A stretch of 62,434 bases of DNA, the filler included, from Sphacelaria rigidula (taxonomy: Eukaryota), in assembly GCA_964200075.2 (NCBI GenBank). It is 11 parts of 11 records of this genome, joined end to end, with 100 filler letters (N's around TTAATTAATTAA, not from the genome) between each part and the next. Parts side by side here need not be neighbours in the genome. Positions count along the whole stretch, not along the records: positions 1 to 5,585 come from CAXNAA020026097.1; positions 5,686 to 11,270 come from CAXNAA020026098.1; positions 11,371 to 16,955 come from CAXNAA020026099.1; 8 more parts are not named here. One strand, 5' to 3'. This document shows, in pieces, positions 1-11,696 of this stretch. The translations under genes and the position numbers were made by a program. Within the stretch, counting starts at the first letter, position 1. Each line of letters starts with the position of its first letter. The notes beneath the pieces are model-generated. The model searched no databases. It was not told the origin of the DNA and was given only the letters and a program-made list of their open reading frames with translations.

Positions 1-250
1 GGGGGCGTACTCATTTGTTGCTTGCCTTAGTTATTTGACCATTGATGTATTCATGGGGGGGGGGGAGGGGGAGGCACTCCTCCACAACAACGTACAAGTG
101 GTGAAAATATTTTGGTCATTTCTCGTGGAGGTGTTGAATAAACACAGCACCTGGAGTAGAGTGGTGCACATTGCTCGTCACACAACGACGAAAGGGGGCA
201 GTCTTGCTTCGTTCCTTCTCTTTTTGATGGTTTGATTTTCACGCCAGTAC

Positions 251-316
251 TCAACGAATCGGGCGAGGAAAACATAGCGTGAACTCGTGCGTCTCCACGT
301 CACTGCAATAAGTGTT
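251..316 (-). CDS. Possible terminal exon of the coiled-coil gene (NTYCSDVETHEFTLCFPRPIR*)
   Basis: Strong polypyrimidine + TTGCAG acceptor at 317-322 and an in-frame TGA. It would imply an unusually short 79-bp intron. Confidence 0.3.
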   Translation of the reverse strand, partial: NTYCSDVETHEFTLCFPRPIR

Positions 317-395
317 CTGCAATAAAACAAAAAGAGAAGTATGGAACAAATGAAAGGAAAAAAGAAGGGGGAAGATAAATATATAATATATGTAC

Positions 396-605
396 CTGTC
401 GATTCTCGACGGAGGGGCGACCTTGACTTCCCGAACCCACGCTCTCCCGCAACGGCGTCCTGAGCCTATTAGGGGAACCCCCCGCACCACTCCCTGGGTT
501 GCCCTTTGACGCAGGCGACAGACGGCTCTCCACCCCTTCCAATCTCGCGCGAAGGGTCTCCGCCTCTTTTTTCCACCGATCTGCCTGTAAGTTGGCCACT
601 CGTAC
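396..605 (-). CDS. Coiled-coil protein, exon D (VRVANLQADRWKKEAETLRARLE…ENRQ)
   Basis: AAG acceptor after a T-rich tract, CAG|GTAC donor, 210 bp, phase 0/0. The coiled coil continues across the junction (RLTEE|VRVANLQ). An alternative acceptor at 585 is possible. Confidence 0.68.
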
Positions 606-1430
606 CTTTTCCCGCGCAGGGGCGGTAGTAAAAAAGAAGAAAAAACACACAAACACATACGAGTATGTTTTATTTTATTTCAATTTATTTTAATTCTTCA
701 ACTAGTTCAGCCAACGTTAAATATTGATTATTCCACTGCGAGGGTAGGTCATGCGGTGATGCACTAATTTTTCCAAGTGAACTTGATGTTGATTTTACAA
801 TCGACTCAGGCTCTCCGTCGAAGGGTTTACTCCCGCACGCGCACAAAAAAAAACTGTCAAACGCGCTTCCGTCGTGGCTCAACTGAAGACATTGGCGGTG
901 GGAGCGCAAGAGGGTTGAGGGCGTTATACACAGTAGAATGAAGATAGGTAGAGCAAGAGCCTACCCCAGAGGTGTACAGTAGTGCACACTGCATGTCCAA
1001 ATTTCACCAACACGACTGGATGATGACTCGTACTGCCACGGATGACTGAACGAAGGACTACATTTCACGGATCGGACTAATCAGTGATTCGTCTGGAAAT
1101 TACTTGATTTTAGTGTGATTGATTCGTACCATACGAATCGATCCTTGGGCTTCGTTTTCAGCGTTGCAACCCAGGTACGCGCAGCCCAGGCACGTGGAAT
1201 AGCGCAAAAGTTGCGCGGGGACCATCTCGACCATCGGTGGACTTTTTTTCTTCTCTTTTTCGAGCAATCGGGCCTGAAAATATCGTGTATTTGGTGATTC
1301 GAATCGGCGATGATTCGTCCGAACCGTGCAATATATCGACAAAAATTGAAGGCTGACACGTCAACGTGCTGCCACTGCCGTCTCTCTCCCCCGGTCCATT
1401 TGCGTATGTGTCCGCCTGTCTCTCCCTCAC

Positions 1431-1538
1431 CTCCTCAGTGAGGCGTTCCACGGTGATCGCGGAGAATTGAACATCCATGCCTGCGGAAGATATGGATCTT
1501 TCGTTCGATCCTGTCAGCCCGTTCTCCTCGACGAAACT
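1431..1538 (-). CDS. Coiled-coil protein, exon C (SFVEENG…VERLTEE)
   Basis: CAG acceptor at 1539-1541, GAG|GTGAGG donor, 108 bp, phase 0/0. Joins exon B as EQEFE|SFVEE. Confidence 0.72.
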
Positions 1539-3450
1539 CTGCTCGATGTTATACAAAGCGAGCAGCAAACATTGACGACACACAAATAATAACAGCTCGA
1601 ATGTGAAGAAGAAAAAAAACGAGATAAATCAATAACAAACACAATTGTTGTGATGAAGGCACAACCAGTAAGGGCGTGTCTCATCACATTTTTCTTCCAC
1701 CGAAAAGTGCGGTTGAATCTGATGAATTCACTGCATTTTCGTTCCTAGCTGCCTTCAACTATTTTTTACAACTCCGAATAGTGGCGCGCGGAGAAGAACA
1801 AGTAAAAAACAGTATTGATACTCTACAATACTCGAAAATACTGAGTATTGAGTACAGTCTACATGTAGCTAAAGCTTCTTCGATCGGGAATATGCGGTTG
1901 AAAGAAACGAAGAGGCTCTCGACTTCTATCTTCAAGACTACCAGTTCAACACTTAGACGGCGAGATTAGTCTTTCTGGATCATGCACACTTTTTTTTCAC
2001 TTGAAATTGATGTTCAAGGGTTAAAGAACCGCGAACTCCACACAACTCATTCCCAGCGACCACCGCAACCCTGCAGCATAGAGCACGAGTGAGCACAGGG
2101 ATAGATATGCTGCAGCAGTTGGGTGTGCCATCTTTATTTTTTGTCGGCGAAACTCGAGCATCTTCTTCACGTACAGTGGGCAACCGGCTTGCGCACACGC
2201 TCATGGACAGTGCAGGCAGTACAAAGCTGCACGTTGTCCAAATTCTCTTCACGTCGCATTGCAAGCAGAGAGAACTGATAGTCCTGGGCTGTCTGCACTG
2301 CATGTTGTCCGATTCTCCTTCACATCCTTTTGCTCGAAACACCTATACCCGCACTCGAGACACACTGCATTCAAACAGTGCACAGACAGTACCGACCGTC
2401 TGTACTGTACACAGGCGACAAATATCAATTTTACCGCCCCTTTTTTTCAATCGTGTGTAGACACATCCTATGGGCCTGTCTTGGCTCGTTAGTTTTCGAT
2501 CGAAATTGTGCGGTGGAAAGCAAGAATCCCGATCTAGTGGCTCGTCATTTCAACCATCGTGAATTTCGACGATGGTTTACAACTCGACCTATCAAATCGG
2601 GATTATTGCTTGACCACGGGTTCGCGAGATCGGACTAATGTGCGGAAATAATAATAATAATAAATAATAAAACCGCACAATTTCGATCGAAAACTCATGT
2701 GCTGAGACAGGCCCCAAGGCTGGAAAAACAAAACACACTACACTTCATTCGTGATGGTACGAACTGAGGTCGGGAGTGAACGAAAACCAGACATCTTACA
2801 GGTCCCATCGGTTTTCCGTCAAAAAAAAAGAAAAGAAAAAAAAAGACAACAACGCATCCGCCTTCAGCACGAAAAATTATATTACTTGAGGCGAAAAAGA
2901 AGCAGCAAACAAACACGAAACAAAACCAAACAAACGATATTATGTGATACTGACTGTAACACCAGACACCATGATTGATAAATTGGTTGTCGCACATTAC
3001 AGCAGCTGGCTGCAAAAATACAGCCCGTTGTCGGGAACGGCAAAAATGAGTGGAGTCAGTATGAGAGAGGAGAACGGACAGGAAAAAATAGAAGCAGCAG
3101 CCACAGAAAGGAAAGAAGAAAGAAAACAGCGACACAGAAGGGTTGATCTCATAATAAGAAAGAATGAACGAGCGAGCGGAGGACCTCTTGACAACATAAC
3201 AAAAAAACAGGGATATACACGTTCGACGTTCCACAGCGTTACACGTCACGTTTTGGCCAAAACGTAACGTGAGTGTGATATTTTTTTCACGTGTGGACCG
3301 CGACGTGAACGGACCGTTAATTTTTCAAATAAAATGCTAACGTAACGTGAACGATATTTTTCTTCACGTGATGAACGTAACGTTAACGTGTATATCCCTA
3401 AAAAAATCAGGACGAACAACAACGCGGCCACCATCCGGGGGGTAGCTTGC

Positions 3451-3582
3451 CTCGAATTCTTGTTCCAGCTCCTGTATCTCCTCTCTGTGAGCCTCCCTCA
3501 TCTCTTCCATTGCGCCCTCCGAAGCCATGATCCGGTCTTCCAACAGCCCAATGTAACGCTCCAGCGGCCCACCAGGGGTAGG
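3451..3582 (-). CDS. Coiled-coil protein, exon B (PTPGGPLERYIGLLEDRIMASEGAMEEMREAHREEIQELEQEFE)
   Basis: Open 44-codon phase-0 exon in a frame the ORF track does not show. AAG acceptor after a pyrimidine tract; donor GAG|GCAAGC (GC-AG type). Confidence 0.72.
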
Positions 3583-4268
3583 CTTTCGGAAAACAAATCA
3601 CACAAATCACAGCCCGGTATGACGACCGATCACGAATCAACAAACACCATTAACGCAAGACGGAGCAAATTAGATACATACTCGGGCACAACTAAAATGA
3701 CGTGATACTTTCACGGCACCACAATTACGGGATATCCTGTGACTCACTCTAGGCTGTTATCCACGATAAGCCAGGTAATAGGTTCGCTTTCAACAATCTT
3801 AGCAGGATGCAGCTCATCTCTCATGCGACTTGCCAAACTAGTTTATCACGGCGCTTTGCGCTATTTGAACCCAAGCCTGGTTCGAAGCCCGGCGTGCTCC
3901 GTAGCGGCAGTGTCAGGATGCGAGATCAATCTTCTCTCGACCACGGCATGCAACATCGAGTATACCCCCACCCCCTAGTGCGTCAAGAACCCGGCGTGCC
4001 TTGTCCCGGCTATGTGGGGATGCGAGGCCAACGTTCTTGTAGCGATGGCATGCTAGAGAATGACTTCATCCTTCCCCCGCCCCCCATTGCACAATATTCC
4101 TGTTGTTGTTGCTGCTGCTGCAGCTGTCTTCACATTTAAAACCGTTCCGATACCTGCGCAGTACGACTCTGTACTGCGCATCTGATGCCGACGGCTTACG
4201 TCGTCACAAGCCAACTACCCAAAATAAGGTATCCGTACTAGAAAAACAAAAAAACGAACGCCACCTAC

Positions 4269-4538
4269 CTGATGTCCGATCCGTTCCCTTTCCGGCGACA
4301 GCGTCTTGTTCGCCAGGGTAGCCTTCAGCTTGGCCTTTAAGGTCTGGTTGTCCACCTGCAAGTTTTTCATGACAAGGTTGATGCTCTGCCGGGCGTCAAC
4401 GAGCCCGCTGTCCGACTCCGCCCCGGACATGTAGCCGTCTTCACATTGGACCTCCTCCTCATCCTCGCCACGGTTTTCATTGTCGTTCTCAGACTCGCAG
4501 TCCGTGTCTCCGGGGCTTCCGACCGCCCGCGGTGGAGT
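4269..4538 (-). CDS. Coiled-coil protein of unknown family, exon A (TPPRAVG…ERIGHQ)
   Basis: CAG acceptor at 4539-4541, CAG|GTAGGT donor, 270 bp, phase 0/0. Acidic low-complexity stretch, then heptad-like LVMKNLQVDNQTLKAKLKA. Confidence 0.75.
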
Positions 4539-5585
4539 CTGTCCAAAGTCAATGCATATATAACATACATAATGAAATGAAAAATAAAAATTCAAAGTCA
4601 GACATATATACAAAACAGAAAAAAAGTGAGGCAACAACACAGGGATCGGGTCACGACAAAATCAAGAAAACATGAGACTATCAACAGTGCCGTGTAACAC
4701 GGCGACGAGATGCCATGTCGGAACGGAACTTGACGTGATCTCACATGGTGGCGAAGGTGAACCTTGTGCATGAAAACAAGACATGTACGGTACTGTCTTC
4801 CCCTTGTCCAAAACTCCATTTAACAACGCAACCTCATCTCATCCACATCCCATCCACCAAAACCGAACATCGAACACCCATCAACAACTGTAAAATATCC
4901 TGACCAATTCATCCCATTTATCATGTTTATATTATATATATATAATCGCATGGGTAATATTTCAGTATCCAGGGATGGAACGTTTTCAGAAGAAAAATAT
5001 ATACTCCGTATATAAAAATAATACGCATACAGTGACCACGTATCAAGAGGGATGCTACGGTATGGGTGCAAAAATATTTTCTGGAATAAGGATTGTTAGG
5101 AGCCCTTCATCTCATTCAAAACACGACTTGTGAAATATGTGAGAGTACGCCAGGATTACTATTCCAACGTGCTAGGAATGTCCCGAACGGATTTACAAAC
5201 AGGGGTGCCCTGACCCATATTCTTGTGCGTGTAGATTTTTTAGGAGCCCCTGACCCAGACAAGGTTTTGCGCGAAAAGTGAAACCCTACCATACAGAACA
5301 GCCATTGAAAACGTTGAGCGCCATTACCACACATCCCCTTTTCCCTTCTCGTTCTCCGTAAGTACCCAACACCAACTATTTTTTACTATCCAGGGAAACT
5401 CATGTTCGAAACCGTGCGGGGAGCGATACACTACCAAGCCGCCCACGGCTATGTCGCTGGAAACAGCTAGCCAACCAACCACAAAACACTTTGGTGGACG
5501 GCACCTCGACTCTTACTGAAGGGGGGGGGGGGGGGGGGGCCAAGGTTGTCGGGCTTCGGCGGTCCGGTCAGGGGGAAACCACGAC

Positions 5586-5685
5586 NNNNNNNNNNNNNNN
5601 NNNNNNNNNNNNNNNNNNNNNNNNNNNNNTTAATTAATTAANNNNNNNNNNNNNNNNNNNNNNNNNNNNNNNNNNNNNNNNNNNN
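5586..5685. other. Artificial contig-joining linker N44-TTAATTAATTAA-N44 (also at 11271, 16956, 22641, 28326, 34011, 39696, 45381, 51066, 56751)
   Basis: Ten identical 100-bp spacers at an exact 5685-bp period. TTAATTAATTAA puts stop codons in all six frames. The intervening contigs are 5585 bp (last 5584), as expected for length-sorted unplaced contigs. Confidence 0.98.
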
Positions 5686-6313
5686 TTTTTTTTTTAAAAA
5701 GAAAAAAAAAAGAACAATTATTTATTTGTGGTTAAGTCCCCCCCCCCCCCCCCCCCCCTTGCAAATGAGTACGCCCCCCCCCGCTCCGCTCCCCCGAGTA
5801 GGAACGGTGCTCCGTCTCGCAAGGAATGCGTGATCAATGGTCCAACGACTAAGGCAAGCAACAAGTGGGTACGCCACCCCCCTCCCCCATTCCGGTCATT
5901 TTCAAAATGAGCGAAGATGATAACTGCATTTCCACCAAGCAGCTTCACATTCACAGCCCAACACGGCACAATATGCGAAGAAAACAGTACAATCAAGGCG
6001 TCTGCTTCATACTACATCTGCTTCGGTGCGCAGGGATTTTCAGAACAAAATACCATGCATACCTACACTGAAACCAAGCTCGCATTATGCAGGCCGTTTG
6101 TCAATACCAGGTGGTTGGTGCACGAAATCTCAATCAATCAGTTAGCTTTCTATCGATTTTGTTTTGGGGGGGGGGGGGCGTACCCATTTTTTGCTTGCCT
6201 TAGTCGTTTGACTATTGACCACGCATCCCTTTCGGGACGGGNNNNNNNNNNGATGCGGGTGGCGCGGCGACCACGTTGAAGTTGGTCCATGAGGTTATTA
6301 TCGTTTGTTTTGT

Positions 6314-6960
6314 GGGGGGGGATGGACGTACCCATTTGTTGCTTGCCTTAGTCGTTTGACTATTGACCACGCATCCCTTTCGAGACGGAGAATCATTCCT
6401 ACTCCTACTCCGATAATAGTAGGGGCACCTCTAACGTTCGGGTGCTCAATCTTCTCTTTCCATTAATCGTACACCAAACCTCTTACAAATCTTATCTCCG
6501 TTCTGTTTCGCCGTGTGTGGCCACCATATATCTCCTCGTATAGCCATCGTCTTCTCCCTTCTGCCTAACGCATCAAACGTTTTCATGCCACCTTCGATTG
6601 CTCCCCATGTTTCCCCCTCCAACACATCCCATTCCTCCTTGTACAGTTTAGACTCTGCCACCATATGAGTTCTACTCTCTATTGCTTTGCCTCACTGGTA
6701 TACCCCTTCCTTCTTTCTGGCAGGTCCAGATCCCCTACCCGAAATCGCAATTCCAGAATTTTCGCAGTCCGTTGGGTCATGCAGAGGTGTTTTCATCCCT
6801 ATCCCCTCCCTCAACCGGCCACACATCTTCAGGTGCACTTCCTCGTCTACTTTCCGTCTTCGCGTTTATTTTTCTTCCATTTCTATCAAGCCTCTTACTT
6901 TTGTCTTGTACCTTCCACGTTCACCTATGGACATTGGAGAGTTGCGGGGGAAGAAGAAAA
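6314..6960 (-). mobile_element. LINE ORF2 C-terminus (cysteine/zinc-knuckle region) plus 3' end, degenerate
   Basis: Translates to …GKAIESRTHMVAESKLYKEE…KTMAIRGDIWWPHTAKQNGDKICKRF, paralogous to 9340-9900. Ends in the shared tail motif and a G-run on the + strand. Confidence 0.8.
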
Positions 6961-8039
6961 CAGGCCTCAAAAATTCAGGGATAATCAACAAAGTTAGGAT
7001 TCAAGGCCAGGATATGATGAACTCCCTAGTTAAACCCCGACAACGAAACCCTGAGGAGAGACGTCTCCAGCAACTCAGGAGTAACTTTTAATTTTCGAAA
7101 TAATCCCCGAGTTGTGACCCACTCCGGAGCGTTCGCGCCAAACTTGGGGCTAGGAAACGGAACTAGACACCCCGCTTCACAACGACTAAGATGAGAGAAC
7201 ACAGCCGTAGGACAAATATCGTACGTGGGGCGATGGCAGCTCGTTCAAGAGGGCCACCCAAGGCTACGAGGAAGACTTGGAGGCGGGCGGGAGAGTCGAG
7301 ACAACACTCGACCTGGCTGAAAATGAGGCGGAGGGGCAGCAGTCGGTCACCCCTGCAGCGGCTAAGAGGACATCCACCAAATGGCCACCTAACGTCAAGC
7401 TTGTGTTGGCTCGCGTGAGTCCATCACCGATGGGTGGCCATTTCGTCGATGTTCTCGTGGCGGCTGCATGAGTGGCCGACTTCCGTCCTTCCGCCTCATC
7501 TTCAACCAGGTCGACAAGTGTCTCGGCTCCCCCGTCCGCTTCCACCCAGCTAGGATTACTGCGTAGTGTATGTGCTGAGGATGAACGTACTTGCTCAACG
7601 TTTTTACATAGACACACACCGGCATGTGTACAATTGTACTACAGAGAGTACAGAACTGTCTACAGACAGTCTATCAGGACAGTTCTCACAACTTGTGCTA
7701 GTGCTGTACCACACACCGACAGCTACAGCACTTGTGAATGACTTGCGGGCGCCGAGATACTGCTGTCGCGTATTCAAAGGTATAGGGGCAGCACAGACAA
7801 CTGTATACATGCTCTTCTGCGCTGTACGGGTAGCACCGCATGGGTAGGCGCAAACTACAAACGCAGAGCAGCACGGCGCAACTTTTACCTCTTCAACTCA
7901 CGACACCGACCACGTGGCACTCGGAACAGAAAATACTAACGCTGAAAAGTTGGCCACGGTCCACACCTACCTGGAAAAATAAAATAAACACAAACCTGGG
8001 GTTCAAGCGTGAACAATCCATCCGTTTTTCGCTCACCCA

Positions 8040-9231
8040 TGAGTTCAGATTTTTTTCTTCCCACAACTCTCCATCATCTCGTCTTGGTTTCCTCCAATCT
8101 CTTTTCTATACTTTCTCGACTACTCTATCCCACCTGATTCCAGCCTGCCCTTTCGTCATTTTCCACCATACAGCCCCGTCAGCTATGGCTGGCAATCTCT
8201 TTCTTTTCATGCTTCTTACAAAATATGACCACTTAATTTCCTCTTGTCTCTGTTTGTTTTAAGTGAGTACATTCCCATCTCTGCTCCCAATACTGTATTA
8301 CTCGTCGTTTTCCAGCATTCCAATTATTTTTTTCGATGTTGCCATCTGTACTGTTTCCAACTTCTTCAACTTCGCGCTCCCTCTCATACTTCTCCCGCAT
8401 GTTCCAGCCTTGGTACAATCACGTTCATCAGGATACGTCTCTTAATCCTAGAGTCTAGGTGCGAGTCTCTGACGATCACGTCAATCCTACCTTCCTGTAC
8501 CTTACCCTCTTCGATTACTCTACTCATGTGTGCATCCCAAGAATAATGTTTCGAGACCTCTACGTCAAGGTATGTTTACTGGTCTACTATCGGCAGTTCC
8601 TGGTCTCTCCCCTTCCATTTGATTTCTACCGGGTTCTCATCTTCGCTACATGGAAGTACCGCGCATTTGTTTACGTTCGCTGTCACTCTCCTTTCCCAGT
8701 GTATAATATCGCCTTCTCTATTTGCTTCTGCAATCGTTCTGGTGTATCTGATATTCCCATGAGATCATCCGCGAATTGATATCTGTGACGGTTTATAGGC
8801 AACCGATTAGACTACCGTATAGTCAGCGCTGACTGTACGGTAGTCAAATCGGTTGCCTATAAATCGCACAAAAGGTAGTCGCTGGTTCGATTTCCATCGT
8901 ACGCACTTTCTTTGAAGAAAAGAGGAAACCCCACCTGCAGTAAAGTTGCCTACAAATCGTCACATACCGAATCTTCCCCCACGTTGACTCCTTACTTTGC
9001 TCCTTCTTTTGCTAATATTAGGTGATTAACAAATATTTTGAATAAAGTGGATGATAACGTACATCCTTGACAAGAATATTTCGATATTCCCCCGCGTAGC
9101 ATCATGTCACTTTTCGCACATTGTCATCCGTTTCACCATTTTCCATATTTCTCCCCTCATGCCAGTTTCCCACATATTTTTCCACAGCCAATTTCTCCAT
9201 ACTGTCATAGGCCTTCGGTACGTCTAAAAAA
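8040..9231 (-). mobile_element. LINE reverse-transcriptase remnant (frameshifted), interrupted by a palindromic MITE
   Basis: Non-LTR RT motifs in order: FLDVPKAYD (~9200-9230), QGCTLSSTLFKIFVN (~9030-9075), FADD (8764-8775), then LMGISDTPERLQKQIEKA. Contains stops and frameshifts. Confidence 0.88.
8784..8963. mobile_element. Palindromic MITE-like insertion (TGTGACGGTTTATAGGCAAC termini; AGTCAGCGCTGACT core)
   Basis: Near-perfect palindrome 8784-8870 plus a second matching terminus at 8945-8963. It splits the RT between GEDSV and FADD. A related copy lies at 50999-51065. Confidence 0.75.
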
Positions 9232-9930
9232 CGGGGGGGGGGGGACGTACTATTAGTTGCATCCTTAGTCGTGCGACCATTAACCACGCATCACTCTCGA
9301 GACGGAACACCGTTCCTATTCCCGATGAAGACACCTCTGACATCTGGGCGCTCATCACGTTTCAGTACACAAAACGTTTTATACATCTTGTCACCTTACC
9401 GATTCGCCGTGTGCGGCCACCACCTATCTCCCGTAGTAGCATAGCCATCGTCATCTCCCTGCTGTCTCATGTATAAAACGTTTTCATACCGCCTTCGTTT
9501 ACTTCCCACATTCCCCCCTCTAGCACGCCCCGTTCCTCCTTGTATACTTTACATTCTGCCACTTTATGAGTTCTACTCTCGATTGCTTTGCCACAGGGGC
9601 AATTCTGTGCATCTACTTCCGCCTTCACTCGACTACTGGTATACCTCTTTCTTCTTTGTGGAAGGTCGAGGTCCCCCACCCGAAATCGCAGTTTCCATTG
9701 GGCCATGCAGATATGTTTTCATCCCTATTCCCTCTCTCAACTCGCCGCATATCTTCAGGTGCACTTCTTCGTCTACTTTTCGCCTTGGCGTTTTTTTCGC
9801 TCATCTTCATCACGTCTCCTACTTTGAATTTGTACCTGCTACATTTACCTTTCGACATTATTTAGTACTGGGCGCCTCACCTACTTCTTGTTCAGAAGGG
9901 TTCCTTCTCGCGACTACTCTTCGATAAGAG
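9232..9930 (-). mobile_element. Second LINE 3' fragment with CCHC-like knuckle, tail abutting the RT copy
   Basis: WKLRFRVGDLDLPQRRKRYT…CPCGKAIESRTHKVAECKVYKEER, then the shared 3' end and a G-run at 9232-9244. Confidence 0.85.
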
Positions 9931-10369
9931 TCGCAAGTGCTAGCGTCGGTAGATTTTGGTGAAATAAACATATCGTCTCCCCCCCCCCCCAGTACCAAAG
10001 TTAGTGTTTGTTGATTTTATCCGGCGACACGAGTAGATACCCCGTATATCAGCAGGGTGTTATTGACTGTGAAACACAGTTATTCAGCCCTAGTGCAATG
10101 AGTGGGTAATTAAAAAAAAAAAAACCTACACATTCCTTCACAAATACGACCGGGACAGGCTCGATCGACCGGAAATACCGAAGAGTCGGAATCTGGGCTG
10201 AAACGTGTCAGGACCTCCGATGACTGGTCAGCCTGTAAGTAATTCAATATTGAGTACATATGTTTTTTCCTTGGAATGTGGAGCGGACACAAGTATCTTC
10301 AAACCCTCAATGTGACGAGCAGTGGCCAGCGAAATAGCCTAAAAAAATCGGCAATCACGAAGAAATTAC

Positions 10370-10831
10370 AAAATGAAGAGTTCAGGCGCCCAGTACTGTA
10401 TCTCATCTTGGTTTTCACTCATATCCTTCCATACCTTCTCGACTACGCTATCCTACCTGATGCCAGCCTGCCCTTCCGTCATTTTCTTCCATACGGCCCT
10501 ATCAACGATGACTGGCAATCTCGTGGCATCCTCCTTTCGCCATACCGCCATTTCATTCTTCTCATGTCTCTGTTTGAAGTGGGTACAATCTCAAGTCTGC
10601 TCTCAATGCTGTATTACTCGTCGTTTTTGGACACCCAAGTATTTTCTTAGCTGCCGTCATATGTGCTGCTTCCAGCTTTTCATCAACTTCACGTTCCTCT
10701 TCCCATACTTCTCCTGTATATTTCAGCTTCGATACAACCACACTTATCGGAATAATATCTTAATTCAGTATCTACGTGAGTCTCTATCACCTCCAACTTG
10801 TCTATCTGTGTCCTACACTTTTCCATTACTT
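10370..10831 (-). mobile_element. Third LINE fragment (post-RT region)
   Basis: Paralogous to 8100-8500 at nucleotide level (e.g. ttctcgactacgctatcctacctgatgccagcctgccc). Its 5' truncation point abuts the G-run at 10832-10853. Confidence 0.75.
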
Positions 10832-10942
10832 GGGGAGGGGGGGGGGGGGGGGGGAGAGCCGGGAGGTCTCCCTGGCGGCTTTAGGGGGGGGTGCGTGTTA
10901 GCACATCATGGGGGGATCGTCTACCCTTTGCCNNNNNNNNNN

Positions 10943-11215
10943 TGACCTCGCATCCCTACAAAGCCGGGGCAGAGCACGCCGGGTTTTCGCCCGACCAGGC
11001 TCACACTCAATCACCAAGCGCGAAGCGCCGTGGTGTGTTCGGCGAGTCGTATGGGTGAGCTGCATCCTGCCAAGATTGTTCGGGCTGAAGACTACTGATT
11101 ATCTCGCTCATAGGGGAGGGGGGAAGGCTTCCCCCTACCCAACACAACTGGTTAGACACCCATGAGGCAGTGTAAAAAGCTGTGGCTGTCTCTGGAAGTG
11201 GCAATACCACAGAAT
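10943..11215 (-). mobile_element. Family-B short retroelement (SINE-like or second LINE 3' end); copies at 3845-4085 (+), 11371-11450 (+), 14885-15135 (-)
   Basis: Shared ccc/ggcgtgctc…gggatgcgaggtca block in at least four places. Its 3' end resembles the LINE tail (GGATGCGnGGTCAATGGTC…ATGAGTAC + C-run). Confidence 0.65.
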
Positions 11216-11592
11216 AAAGCAACTCATTGTTGGCTGTCACCCAAATACAAGATAATCAGTAGGCTTCGGGNNNNNNNNNNNNNNNNNNNNNNNNNNNNNN
11301 NNNNNNNNNNNNNNTTAATTAATTAANNNNNNNNNNNNNNNNNNNNNNNNNNNNNNNNNNNNNNNNNNNNTCCCGGCTTTGTAGGGATGCGAGGTCATGG
11401 TCAAACGACTATGGCATGCATGATCATGAGGACACCCCCTCCCCCCCCCGCCTCCCGAGATGGTCAATGGTCAAATGACTAAAGCAAGCAAGAAATGAGT
11501 ACGCCTCCCGAGATATATGCCACCCCTTGATTGTGCCGTGTTGAATGCGTTACTGTTTCGATACACCTTCATTTTTACGGTACTATACTCAC

Positions 11593-11696
11593 CGATAAAC
11601 GTTACGTCGGACAGCAGCTCGCTGTTTACCATTTCTCGCAAATTTCCGATCAACGTGCTTTCGGGAATATCGCAGCTCATCAGGTCGATGCTGAAC
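11593..11696 (-). CDS. LZTR1: LZTR1-like protein, exon entering the BTB domain (FSIDLMSCDIPESTLIGNLREMVNSELLSDVTFI)
   Basis: BTB start motif 'L..L..M…SDVTF'. GCAG acceptor, G|GTGAGT donor. Its phase matches the Kelch exon across a 2979-bp intron. Kelch-then-BTB order is the LZTR1 architecture; orthology not tested. Confidence 0.82.
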
